NCBI GenBank assembly: GCA_052168235.1
Contig: JBQLZK010000006.1
Span: 1-64,000, forward strand
Reading direction: 5' to 3'
Length of the DNA: 64,000 nucleotides
Origin: Thainema sp.
GTDB lineage: Bacteria; Cyanobacteriota; Cyanobacteriia; Phormidesmidales; Phormidesmidaceae
In this document: piece after piece, positions 21,666 to 31,293 of the stretch
Layout of the letters: every line of letters begins with the position of its first letter
Numbering within the stretch: position 1 is the first letter of the stretch
The notes under the pieces: generated by a model
Databases searched by the model: none
Told to the model about the DNA's origin: nothing
What the model saw: only the letters and a program-made list of their open reading frames with translations
Program-made: the position numbers and the translations under genes

Positions 21666-21922
21666 GCCCTCACCCTAAATCCCTCTCCCACAGGGAGAGG
21701 GACTTCCGATCCGGCTCTGCTTCTTACACAAGGCTACTGTGTACACACAAATCTCTAGACTCCGTTTCAACGTTGAGATCCCCCTAAATCCCCCTTAAAA
21801 AGGGGGAACTTTGAGCAGGTTCCCCCCTTTTTAAGGGGGGCAAGGGGGATCATTCGGGGTTGAGAGGCAGTGATCAAGATGTGTGTACACAGTAGCCCAC
21901 AAGTAGAAGGGTTGGGTGATGA
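21666..21922. mobile_element. Nested repeats: IS50/Tn5-type MITE (21734-21895) inside a CCCTCACCCTAAATCCCTCTCC palindromic repeat, itself carrying an ATCCCCCTAAATCCCCC..GGGGGAT palindrome
   Basis: Perfect 18-bp IR GGCTACTGTGTACACACA at 21732-21749 and 21880-21897, flanked by the direct repeat CACAA. Confidence 0.85.
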
Positions 21923-21945
21923 CTGCGAAACAAACCGTTTCTAAT

Positions 21946-22521
21946 TTATCGCTTTCTACTGCGTGATGATTTGCGGCGCGATTTTTTCGCTTTCTTCGGC
22001 TTTAATCCTGCCAGTCCCTGCTTGCGTACCCGCTTATAGGTGGAAAGCGTACTGTCGCTGACATAGTGGCTCAAGGCTCCCAGTTCCAGTCCAATCAGCC
22101 CAATTAGCCATTCTGCTGGATGCTGACGCACCATCTGCTCTAGCTGATCGCCTAGATCGGCGTGGGTAGCGCCTGCGATGCCGAGATACTGGAGAAGTGC
22201 GATCGCAATTAGCCCAAAGAACACCAGCCACAGCAAAAAATAAATCACCCGCAGCACGGTTCCGAGGATTGGCCCGTGGGAAAGGGATGAGCGATGGTGC
22301 ATGCTCTTGCGATAGGGCAGCCAAATCCAGCGCAGAATGCCCCAGCGCTTATACTGTACGGAATGAATATCCAGGTCAGGGCCAAACATCAGCCCGCCAA
22401 ACAGAAATCCGCCAGAGGCAATCAGCATCCACGTGAGCTGCTGCGTCAGCACGTAGGTGCCAACGGCAACGATGGGTAAACACCACAGGGTAATGCGATC
22501 GTGGGTGCGACCAGAGGGCAT
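21946..22521 (-). CDS. DUF2227 putative metal-binding membrane protein
   Basis: MPSGRTHDRIT, FGPDLD, HRSSLSHGP, GALSH. Confidence 0.9.
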   Translation of the reverse strand: MPSGRTHDRITLWCLPIVAVGTYVLTQQLTWMLIASGGFLFGGLMFGPDLDIHSVQYKRWGILRWIWLPYRKSMHHRSSLSHGPILGTVLRVIYFLLWLVFFGLIAIALLQYLGIAGATHADLGDQLEQMVRQHPAEWLIGLIGLELGALSHYVSDSTLSTYKRVRKQGLAGLKPKKAKKSRRKSSRSRKR

Positions 22522-22759
22522 GGTTGTATGCTCGCCTGATAGGCGCGTCTGAAAATGGTGCAATTGTATCAAACTCTGTATTCATCAGATCTTTTTAGCT
22601 GAATCAGCGAAGCTGAAAGTCTATTAGCCACAGGCTTTGGGGGATTTTCAACCAATACCTGTCAAAAAAATGCTCGAATTTCTCAATTTTCTTGCACAAC
22701 TGCGCCAAAGGTCTGTTATAGTTTATAACTGTGCACGAGACACGCACGCTACCCGATAC

Positions 22760-22832
<73 letters not shown>

Positions 22833-22849
22833 TTATAAGGAGATGTACA

Positions 22850-23413
22850 GTGAAATCAGCACAGTGTTTAGGGAGATACCTAACACTAGATGAGTTTTGT
22901 CGCTGTACACAGACCTATCGCAAGTACGCTGACAAAATTAATCCATTTCCCAGTAACCTGGATGAAACGATTCCGGCAATAGAGGATTTGTGTCAACATA
23001 TTGTCGATCCGGTGATTGATCGATTTGGACGGGAGAGATTTCAGCTTACCTATGGGTTTTGCTCAACGGATTTGAAGCGATGGTTAGCCAAGAAAGATCC
23101 AGTAACAGGGTTGAAGAATGGCAAGGTTAGCCCAAACTTAGATCAGCATATGGCCCATGAGGTTAATCGAAATGGGAAATACTTTTGCGATCGCGCTGGA
23201 GCTGCCTGTGATTTCAAGATTTGCGATTTGCCCAGTGATCAGCTAGTGGATTGGATCGTCGCTCAGCAGTTGCCGTTTGATTCGCTTTACTATTACGGTG
23301 CAGAACGCCCCATTCACATCAGCTATGGACCACAGCATAAGCGGGATGTATGGGCCTTTATTGAGAAAGGAACACCAACTCAGAAAGGCACAGAACGTTG
23401 GCAGCACACTTAG
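22850..23413 (+). CDS. Peptidase M15-like (Zn peptidase fold) protein
   Basis: GTG after AGGAG; LTYGFCS, DQHMAHE, GAACDF, PIHISY resemble the M15 H..D..H ligand pattern. Confidence 0.65.
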   Translation: MKSAQCLGRYLTLDEFCRCTQTYRKYADKINPFPSNLDETIPAIEDLCQHIVDPVIDRFGRERFQLTYGFCSTDLKRWLAKKDPVTGLKNGKVSPNLDQHMAHEVNRNGKYFCDRAGAACDFKICDLPSDQLVDWIVAQQLPFDSLYYYGAERPIHISYGPQHKRDVWAFIEKGTPTQKGTERWQHT

Positions 23414-23437
23414 CACTGTGGAAATAAACAGAGTTCT

Positions 23438-23635
23438 TTAGAACTGTTTGTCTAAGCCTGCCTGCTTCAAAACAGCATTCGCTGTATGACGCGATTTGAT
23501 AGCACTGTCAACTACGAATCGTCTTTCTGTGATTGGGCTGTACCAAATTTCATGATCGCCTTTGCCTTGTCTTTCAAACGAGCAACCTGCTTCTAGCAAG
23601 ATCTTTTTGAGTGTTGGCGTCAAGGATTTTGCCAT
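23438..23635 (-). CDS. HicA family toxin
   Basis: RQGKGDHEIWYSP...ANAVLKQAGL. Confidence 0.9.
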   Translation of the reverse strand: MAKSLTPTLKKILLEAGCSFERQGKGDHEIWYSPITERRFVVDSAIKSRHTANAVLKQAGLDKQF

Positions 23636-23644
23636 TGCCTTTCC

Positions 23645-23887
23645 TTATGCCACCTCGATAATCTCTTGCTTATGACTGGTTAGCTCAAAGGAAATGATGC
23701 CTTTGTAGTCTTTAGGAATCACTTCATTAAGTATCAGAAGTTCTGGAATCAAATCACGAAGCTTGAGATCTAGCGCTTCCAGAGAGTCAGCTTCTGTCAC
23801 AAGTCCAGGCACATTTTCACTGGTTGCGACCCAAACTGCTGCCTCTATATCCCAAAAAGCATCAATTTTATAGAGTGTCAATTTCAT
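23645..23887 (-). CDS. HicB-like antitoxin (DUF1902)
   Basis: WDIEAAVWVATSENVPGLVTEADSLE. Confidence 0.88.
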   Translation of the reverse strand: MKLTLYKIDAFWDIEAAVWVATSENVPGLVTEADSLEALDLKLRDLIPELLILNEVIPKDYKGIISFELTSHKQEIIEVA

Positions 23888-24047
23888 ATCTAACTTTCCT
23901 TAGGTAATCATCTCAAGCTCGTAATCAGAACATTTGGTACAGAAAGCATTATTAAGAGCATACATTTATTCAAAAACTGTAAAGACTCTAAAGGTAGATC
24001 TAAACGTACATAGAACGTTGCCTTTTAAGGCGATTTATTGAGTTTAA

Positions 24048-25235
24048 TTAAACACGAGATATTAAAAATGGACGTAATTGTTTATCGATCTCCCTTAAAA
24101 AAGAATTCACCTCAACAGATAAAGATTTAACATGTTCATGACTGATTTCGTGATACTTTCCATCACTATTGCGTCTACCATTCCTGTGAACAATATCATG
24201 GCGAATAATGATTGCCTTGCGTATTCTTGTCGCAGATTCTTTGGGGAACTCAACATTGAGGGTTCCTTTATATAAAGCTTCAACTTTACCAATGCTATGG
24301 AAAGATAATCCAGATAAGTAATCGGAAACCTCTCGCTCTATTACATCCATCCTCTTGAAAATATCACTCAGACTAATTTTTTGATATTGGAATTCTTTAG
24401 TGGTTTCCACAAATAGCCTTAGTTTATCTTCCCGTGAAAGTAATATTTTCGTGAAAATATCTGACAGATAGCTTTCCATTGCTGTAATTATGCTTGCATA
24501 AAGCATTCTATTGAGTGGAGCTTCTAATTCGCGTTTCAAGGTATAAGGGCCATCAATAGGTCGGCTTAATTTATTAATATTTTTGATAGACGCTTTAAAT
24601 TCTTTATAGAAGTCAGTATCAAGATTTTCAATATAATAATTATTTATATCTCTATCTTTTGGTATTTTAGGCCATTCAAAGCATTCGCACTCATCTTCTA
24701 GCCTTTCTACAGCTCTCTCAATAATCTGTGGAGAGGCTTCGTCCCAAAATTTGTCTCTGATGACATCAATGGTTGAATAAGGTCCATCTATAACATCAAT
24801 GTATTCAGAATCTTCAAAATTATTGTTCAAATTGTGTTTGTAAAGAGGTTCAAACTCTGAGAGAAACCAATCCATGATTGATTTTACTGTTTGATGTCGA
24901 AAGTCAGTTTTTCTATGTAAACCATTGCTACTTAAATTATGACGTTTGGAATCTTTTTCTTCTTCCACAAAATGAGGAGAATCCAAATAAAAATATCTTC
25001 CCTTAGAATCTCTATAAAAGTATTTTGTTTTTGAGTAAGATCCTTTTTGATCAAGTCCTTTACAATGCCTTCTGATTTGGCTATTAACAATATGTGTAGG
25101 ATTTTGTGCTTTAAACTAATATAGATTATTTTCTATGATCGTGTGATATATTTTTTTGACCGACATGGGCTTTCCATGTTGAGTCATTACTTCTTTAATT
25201 GCCTCTATTATTGTTATCTTGCCGTTTCTTGCCAT
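24048..25235 (-). pseudogene. Winged-HTH (HARE-HTH-like) + HEPN protein interrupted by one in-frame TAG at 25118-25116
   Basis: ATG at 25235 reads MARNGKITIIEAIKEVM...NNLY*FKAQNPTHIVNSQIRRH and continues in frame into the listed 24986 ORF, which ends with the HEPN motif RHDIVHRNG. Confidence 0.75.
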
Positions 25236-25267
25236 CTTTTGCAGAAAAATAAGCTCACTTAGCTATT

Positions 25268-27352
25268 TTATTTCGCTCGCATAGCTGATCGCACAAGTTT
25301 CTTTTGGTACTCATCAGCATCTTTGCGCCACACAACTCGATGCCCCCGCAATTCTGCACCATGCTCAGCTAAACAGTGCTGCCAGCCACGGCGGTCATAG
25401 ATCGCTTTGACATCGTCGAGCAGTCCCCACTTACCCTCCTGCTGGCTGAGTCGGGCAAACTTATCATAGTTTGGATAGTCGGCAGTAATCAGTTGCTCTT
25501 TCTGATGCAGCAGTGGCGGATTATCGAGGTTGTAATCGCGGTATCGCACCTGCAAATCCCGTAGACCAACTGCCATGCTGGTGTGGAGAGCCGGATGGGG
25601 TTCATCGTCGAAGTCTGGATAGAACAGGTAGGTGATCTGAGGCTTTTGCAAATGGAATTTGACGACCGTTGCTGCATCCGGTCGGCCAATGGTGCGGGAG
25701 GCACAACCTTCATAGAGGCGGAGCAGTGGATCAAGCTGTTCAAGGGCTGAGACATGAATCCAGAGGGAATTAGGACGCTGTTGACCAATAGGACTTTGAC
25801 GGCAGCGTTCGGCCAGGATTTCTGTCCGACCTAAGCTCATCAGCATTAGATCAGCGGCAGTACAGGCTTGCTGATAGTTGCCGAAGAGGGCTTTAATATC
25901 GTGCTGGACAGTGGCAGACAAATCCCTGAACTTAGGGCGTTTACCGAAGTGGCTCAAGGCCAAGTACACCATTAGGTCATTACGGCGCTTATCTGCGATC
26001 GCATCCCATTCACTCACATCAGTCGCTTGTAAGACGAGCTTGAACGCTCGTTTGATGCTGCCAAACTGAGACTGGATGGGACTAAAGGCGTCGGAGCCTA
26101 GCTCATCGGCAGCCGGTAAACGACCCCGCTCGGTGTAAAAGTCCATCAGCGGCTGGAGTTGGTCGCGGTATTGCTCAAACTTGCTGACCTTGAGGCGAAT
26201 CTGAGGCGCTTTGGCGCGGGAACGGAAGCGGGAGGCACGAAACGACTCGGCCTGGGCTTCATCTCGGAAGACGAAGTAAATGCCAAGCGCCACAGGAATC
26301 GCGTCTACGCCAAGAACTTGGTCGATATAGAATTTCAGTTCTTCCTGCTCGTAGTATTTCTGAAAGGTGTTGCGGCTGGTGATGATGCCGTCGCCATAGG
26401 CAATGACGCCCCGTGTCCGGTCGTCAATTAGGACTTGAGCTGCAACGATGAGAACGGTTTCAGCCAGTTGCCAGGCATTAATCAGCGCTGCTCGGCGTTC
26501 GGCGGTATCTTCAATCACATTGATCACATAGCCGAGATTGACCACCTGAGCAGAAACCTGGGGCTGATCGGGGCGAAAGTAAGGATCCCAGCCGCTGCTG
26601 ATGTGGCCGAGTCGCTGGATATACTCGATATCGGCTCCATGACCGCAACCGTAGTCGAAGTAGGTGGTGCCGGAAGGAAATAACCCAGCTTCAACGGCTA
26701 GGCGAACGGGTTTAGAAGCCGTGACACGTGCGATCGCAGCTTTGTGGCGTTGAATTTTGGGTTTAGGATTGGCTCTGGCTGACTGGATCGCACAAGCTAG
26801 GGCGTGATCATGAATTTCAATTCCTCTTTGGATCAGACGCTGTGCCCAGGCATCGGTAAAGCCAATTTCGCGAGATTTATCCAGTAAACCCAGTGCTTCC
26901 TGCTGACGGGTTAAGTACTGAAACTTGTCGTAGTGAGGATAGTCTGGGGTGACAAAGGCTTCCTTGCGGTGCAGAACAGGTGGATTTTGGGTATCGGCAT
27001 AGGAGCGTGACCAAACCTGCCCAGTTACCAAATCGACTTGTAGGCTGTGGGCGAGAGCAGGATGGGGATCGTCGTCGAAGTCAGGATAGGTGAGGTAAGA
27101 CAGCTTGAGTTGGTCAAACTGGAACTTGATTAGTGTAACGTTGAGCTGTTCCCACTGAGCTGATAAGCGGGTTCGAGCGGCTTGTTCGTAGGCTTGCAGG
27201 TAGGGGTGCAGCGCTGTTAAGGCTGAGTGATGGACATAGAGCGCGGTTGGCAAAAGTTTACCGATAGTGCTCTGCTGGCAGTGCTGTTTGATATCGTGAA
27301 GCGAAACAGCATTTAGATTGGGAAGTTGCAGGGACGATGCGATCGCAGTCAT
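25268..27352 (-). CDS. DNA phosphorothioation-associated putative methyltransferase (TIGR04096-like)
   Basis: IQRHKAAIAR, FDYGCGHG, GWDPYFRP, NLGYVINVIED; duplicated YPDFDD.PHPAL...NPP.LH.KE domain at both ends. Confidence 0.88.
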   Translation of the reverse strand: MTAIASSLQLPNLNAVSLHDIKQHCQQSTIGKLLPTALYVHHSALTALHPYLQAYEQAARTRLSAQWEQLNVTLIKFQFDQLKLSYLTYPDFDDDPHPALAHSLQVDLVTGQVWSRSYADTQNPPVLHRKEAFVTPDYPHYDKFQYLTRQQEALGLLDKSREIGFTDAWAQRLIQRGIEIHDHALACAIQSARANPKPKIQRHKAAIARVTASKPVRLAVEAGLFPSGTTYFDYGCGHGADIEYIQRLGHISSGWDPYFRPDQPQVSAQVVNLGYVINVIEDTAERRAALINAWQLAETVLIVAAQVLIDDRTRGVIAYGDGIITSRNTFQKYYEQEELKFYIDQVLGVDAIPVALGIYFVFRDEAQAESFRASRFRSRAKAPQIRLKVSKFEQYRDQLQPLMDFYTERGRLPAADELGSDAFSPIQSQFGSIKRAFKLVLQATDVSEWDAIADKRRNDLMVYLALSHFGKRPKFRDLSATVQHDIKALFGNYQQACTAADLMLMSLGRTEILAERCRQSPIGQQRPNSLWIHVSALEQLDPLLRLYEGCASRTIGRPDAATVVKFHLQKPQITYLFYPDFDDEPHPALHTSMAVGLRDLQVRYRDYNLDNPPLLHQKEQLITADYPNYDKFARLSQQEGKWGLLDDVKAIYDRRGWQHCLAEHGAELRGHRVVWRKDADEYQKKLVRSAMRAK

Positions 27353-27603
27353 AATGCGGCACCCGTACAGGTTTCTTCTCACCGTACCGAGTTGAGATGA
27401 GGTTGTACTACCCCACAAATAGGGTGCAGTTCTACAAAGACCTACTAGTGCAAGCGTTTGCCACTATATATAGAAAGTTTAGTAGACTAGATACACGTTG
27501 AAGCACTAATGGTGGTTAGATAAAGATTTGCTGCCAGTGGCTTACAATCTTCAAAGTTTTATATTAAATCCGTAATTTAAGCAGATGTTATCGGACGATT
27601 GCT

Positions 27604-28818
27604 ATGCGAACGTTGAGCCTATTTGAAGAAGACCGTCTTACGCTGCCGAAAAGTATTGAGCTAACGGTGGAGTCATTGACGCAATATGGACAACTGTATC
27701 GGCACTGGGCGATCGCATTTTCGGGCGGCAAGGATAGCACCGCTACGGTCACGCTGCTGGCACATCTGCTGGAAACAGGGCGTGTTCCTCAACCAGAAAG
27801 TATTACAGTGCTCTATGCCGATACGCGACAGGAGTTGCCGCCGCTGCACTCGGCAGCAATGAAAATTTTAGATGAGCTGCGCGATCGCGGCATGGATACG
27901 CGGGTGGTGTTGCCCAAGTTAGATCATCGCTATTTCGTGTATATGCTGGGGCGCGGAGTGCCGCCGCCGTCGAATACGTTTCGCTGGTGTACTCCGAAGC
28001 TGAAAGTGATGAGCATGGAGCGGGAACTGGAAACGCTGCGGCAGGAGCGGGGTGAGAAGTTCCTGATGCTGACGGGCGTGCGGATTGGTGAAAGTGCGGC
28101 TCGGGATCAGCGGATCGCCGTGAGCTGCACCAAGGATGGTGGAGAATGCGGCCAGGGCTGGTTTCAGCACACGTCGGCCAATGCTGTGGCAGATACGCTA
28201 GCACCGATTGTTCACTGGCGAGTGTGCCATGTCTGGGACTGGCTGATGTTTGAGGCTCCGATGCTGGGCTTTTCGACGGATGCGATCGCAAAAGTCTACG
28301 GTCAGGATACGGCAGAGGGAGAAGAACCGCTGAATGCTCGCACGGGCTGCATCGGCTGTCCCCTAGTGCAAAAAGATGCAGCACTGGATCGGGTGGTGGC
28401 TCAGCCGGAGTGGTCATACCTAGCACCGCTGCAAAAGTTGAGACCCCTGTACTGGGAAATTAAGAAACCTCAGTATCGCCATCGCAAGCATGGGGAAGTG
28501 AAAAAAGACGGTACGCTTGCCGCCAAGCAAAATCGGCTAGGGCCACTGCATATGGACGCACGGCGCTGGATGCTGGAGCAGGTGTTGGCGATTCAGGCTG
28601 AGGTGAATCAGGCGGCTGAGCGGTTGGAAATGCCGAAGATTGACCTGATTAATGAGGAAGAATTAGCACGAATCGAAGAGCTGATTGCGGCAAATACCTA
28701 TCCAGAAAAATGGAGCGGTGACGACCCTAGAGGAGATGAATGGTTTGAGGAGATTCTGCCGGATGGAAGCGTGCAGCCGTTGCTATTTGGGAAATTAGAT
28801 AGCATGAGTGATAGCTGA
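27604..28818 (+). CDS. DndC-like PAPS-reductase family protein (divergent, 404 aa)
   Basis: PP-loop FSGGKDST, YADT, FRWCTPKLK, GVRIGES, RTGCIGCPLV, GPL..AR. Confidence 0.8.
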   Translation: MRTLSLFEEDRLTLPKSIELTVESLTQYGQLYRHWAIAFSGGKDSTATVTLLAHLLETGRVPQPESITVLYADTRQELPPLHSAAMKILDELRDRGMDTRVVLPKLDHRYFVYMLGRGVPPPSNTFRWCTPKLKVMSMERELETLRQERGEKFLMLTGVRIGESAARDQRIAVSCTKDGGECGQGWFQHTSANAVADTLAPIVHWRVCHVWDWLMFEAPMLGFSTDAIAKVYGQDTAEGEEPLNARTGCIGCPLVQKDAALDRVVAQPEWSYLAPLQKLRPLYWEIKKPQYRHRKHGEVKKDGTLAAKQNRLGPLHMDARRWMLEQVLAIQAEVNQAAERLEMPKIDLINEEELARIEELIAANTYPEKWSGDDPRGDEWFEEILPDGSVQPLLFGKLDSMSDS

Positions 28819-29482
28819 GTACATCAAAATCATGATCGATACTGCATCACGTCCACAGGGCATTGAAACCGATTCCTGGGTACCTGCCACCTGGGAATCG
28901 TATGTGGCGCTGTGCGACCGACCCAATTTTGAAAAAGCTCGATGCTACTACGACAAGGGATGGATGCGAATTGAGATGGCAGCGCTAGGCCCTTGGCATG
29001 GGCGGGATAATGCCGTGGTGTTGAAGGTTATTGGTTTATTTGCCGGATTGACAAACCTCCGAGCCGTCGAACTCATCAATACCAGTTTTTGCAAACCTGG
29101 AGAGCGAGAAGCTCAGCCCGACATTGCGTTTTATCTAGGACAGAGTTTCCAACTGCCACCCAGAAATAATCAGCCCGTTGATATTGAAGTGTATGGCGCT
29201 CCTCAACTTGCTGTAGAAATTGCTTCAACCACCCTAAGTGATGACCTCGGACGCAAGCGGCTTCTGTATGAGCGATTGGGAGTGCAGGAATATTGGGTTG
29301 TCAATGTGGCAATGTCAGAAGTTATCTCGTTTGCAGTTGAAAATGGTGGGAGCCGGGAGATTCAGGATTCTCAGGTTTTACCAGGACTGGCATTGTCAGC
29401 AGTGGAAGAGGCCATGCAGCGCAGTCAAACTGAAGATGATGGGGCACTAACTCGGTGGTTGATTCAGACGTTTCAGGGATAG
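28808..29482 (+). CDS. Uma2/DUF820 family endonuclease
   Basis: QPDIAFY, PQLAVEIA, LYERLGVQEYWVV. Confidence 0.92.
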   Translation: MIAEYIKIMIDTASRPQGIETDSWVPATWESYVALCDRPNFEKARCYYDKGWMRIEMAALGPWHGRDNAVVLKVIGLFAGLTNLRAVELINTSFCKPGEREAQPDIAFYLGQSFQLPPRNNQPVDIEVYGAPQLAVEIASTTLSDDLGRKRLLYERLGVQEYWVVNVAMSEVISFAVENGGSREIQDSQVLPGLALSAVEEAMQRSQTEDDGALTRWLIQTFQG

Positions 29483-29492
29483 CGATCGCACC

Positions 29493-30890
29493 ATGTACCC
29501 AACTCCAAAAGAGCGGTTTGAAGACTTCACCCGTCATCATCCGGAAAATAAGCTGGAGCTGATTAACGGTCAACTCATTGTCGGCAACTCTCTGATTGGC
29601 AGCCGCCTACTATTACGGCAGATCTTACAGGGCTGGGGAGCTGAGGCGGCGATTGCCCTGGCTCCCATTGAAACTTGGTTATCAGCATTGGCAACAGGCT
29701 ATGGATGGAGCATTTCCTCCGTCGCCTCGATCGATGAAAAATTAACGGCGCTGGAATCTCAGGCCAGAGACGTTGAGTTTACGCCAGAAGATTTATCCGT
29801 TGGGAGCACAGATAACACCTGGTCACACCATCGCATTCGCCAAAATTTGACGATGGGCCTGTTTCGGTTGGCCAAGGCCGTTGGTGGAGAAGCCCTAGGA
29901 CGTGATTTCGTAATGCGCTTGGGGAACAACGGGTTCACTCCAGATTTAGTCTTTTTTAAGAATGCTGGATTAAATCGACTCTACAGCTCTTTTGTCAGTG
30001 GGCCAGCAGAACTCGTTATAGAAGTGCTGATGCCAGGACATGAAGACTGCGATCGCGCTCAGAAGTACGAATACTATCAAGCAGCAGGAGTGCCAGAATA
30101 TTGGCTGATTGATCCGGTAGGGGAGCGGGTAGAGTTTTATCGGCTCATCGACGGTCATTATCGGCTACAACCAGTAGCAGCCGATGGTTTTTACCGCCCC
30201 AGCAGTGTTCCGGGGTTGGCGTTTTGTCCGGCAGCACTCTGGCCAGTAGAAGATCCCAATCCGATAGATCCGGCTTTTTTCGTTGTAGAGCAACGGGTTG
30301 AGGATTTTGAGCGGCTAGCAGGCGACGACGGGCCAAAATGGGGGTCGCTGCTGTTTATTCCCAATATTCAGGTTAATCCAGTGCCGATTAGCTTTGAGGA
30401 GTACATCAGCTGGTCTCCCAGAGCAAAGTTTGAGTTCATGCAAGGGAAGCCGCTGATAGACTCAACACTGGGTACCCGCAATGTTTTGGCGATGTTATTG
30501 ATGACGTTTGGCCTCGCCAGTGCAGCAAAGTTATTGCCTCCTCAAGCTTGGCTGCAAGGGTTGCAGCAACGGCTGGAATGGGAACGACACGATGTAACAA
30601 GAAAAGCCGAGTGGTGGGCGATTGCGCGACAGGCAGCAGAGATACTCCGCACTGATTTTTCGGTGGGGCGCTTGGGAGTGATTGGTGACTTGGCGATGCC
30701 GCAACCGTTGAATTACTGGTCAGGCATCACCCTGGTCTATTGGAAGAAACTGGAGAATTCCTGGCAGGCTTACGAAGCCCTAAAAGACATCGACCCGGAT
30801 CGACACATTGTTGATTTACGCCAGGTAGATGAGCGTTGGCTTACAGCTGATCAGCTTTGGCAGATTGAACGTCATCTGGTGGAACTATGA
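29493..30890 (+). CDS. Multidomain Uma2 protein with a duplicated helical module and a nucleotidyltransferase-like C-terminus
   Basis: Central PDLVF..ELVIEV..YQAAGVPEYW; C-terminal RLGVIGDLA...IVDL. Confidence 0.8.
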   Translation: MYPTPKERFEDFTRHHPENKLELINGQLIVGNSLIGSRLLLRQILQGWGAEAAIALAPIETWLSALATGYGWSISSVASIDEKLTALESQARDVEFTPEDLSVGSTDNTWSHHRIRQNLTMGLFRLAKAVGGEALGRDFVMRLGNNGFTPDLVFFKNAGLNRLYSSFVSGPAELVIEVLMPGHEDCDRAQKYEYYQAAGVPEYWLIDPVGERVEFYRLIDGHYRLQPVAADGFYRPSSVPGLAFCPAALWPVEDPNPIDPAFFVVEQRVEDFERLAGDDGPKWGSLLFIPNIQVNPVPISFEEYISWSPRAKFEFMQGKPLIDSTLGTRNVLAMLLMTFGLASAAKLLPPQAWLQGLQQRLEWERHDVTRKAEWWAIARQAAEILRTDFSVGRLGVIGDLAMPQPLNYWSGITLVYWKKLENSWQAYEALKDIDPDRHIVDLRQVDERWLTADQLWQIERHLVEL

Positions 30891-31277
30891 CGATTTGGAT
30901 AGCGCAAGCTGACACAAGTCGTCAATGCTCTTCAAGTTTGGATCGCCTGCTAGATAACCAATGCCGCGATGGAGATGGAGGCGGAGTTGGGTGGCAAGTG
31001 TTTCTGGGTCGGTACCGAGGCCATCGTTGTGGCAGCGTTGTTTGAGAGCGAGCAAAAGCTGATCGGCAATGGGGCCGCCGAAGATTTGCCAGGTCATTTC
31101 GACGTTGCTATCGGCAGGGATCGGCACAGGTGAGGGAATCGACGGTTCTGCTAAGGAACGGCAGAGAGCCCAGCGGCAGAGGACATTCCACTGGCTAATT
31201 TTGGTGACGCGCTTGAGTTTGATGAGCTGGTCTTTGGCGGATTGGGAAAGCTTGATGCGATCAACGGGGGCTTGCAT
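30885..31277 (-). CDS. dndE: DNA sulfur modification protein DndE
   Basis: IKLSQSAKDQLIKLKR.T.I.QWNVLCRWALCRSLAE, SNVEMTWQIFGG, LHLHRGIGYL. Confidence 0.93.
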   Translation of the reverse strand: MQAPVDRIKLSQSAKDQLIKLKRVTKISQWNVLCRWALCRSLAEPSIPSPVPIPADSNVEMTWQIFGGPIADQLLLALKQRCHNDGLGTDPETLATQLRLHLHRGIGYLAGDPNLKSIDDLCQLALSKSS

Positions 31278-31293
31278 AGGTGTAAAACTCGCT

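Noticed and set aside
27604..28818. Assigning the symbol dndC or cysH
   Set aside because: Motifs, length and orientation differ from canonical DndC as I recall it, and it is too long for CysH; left as DndC-like.
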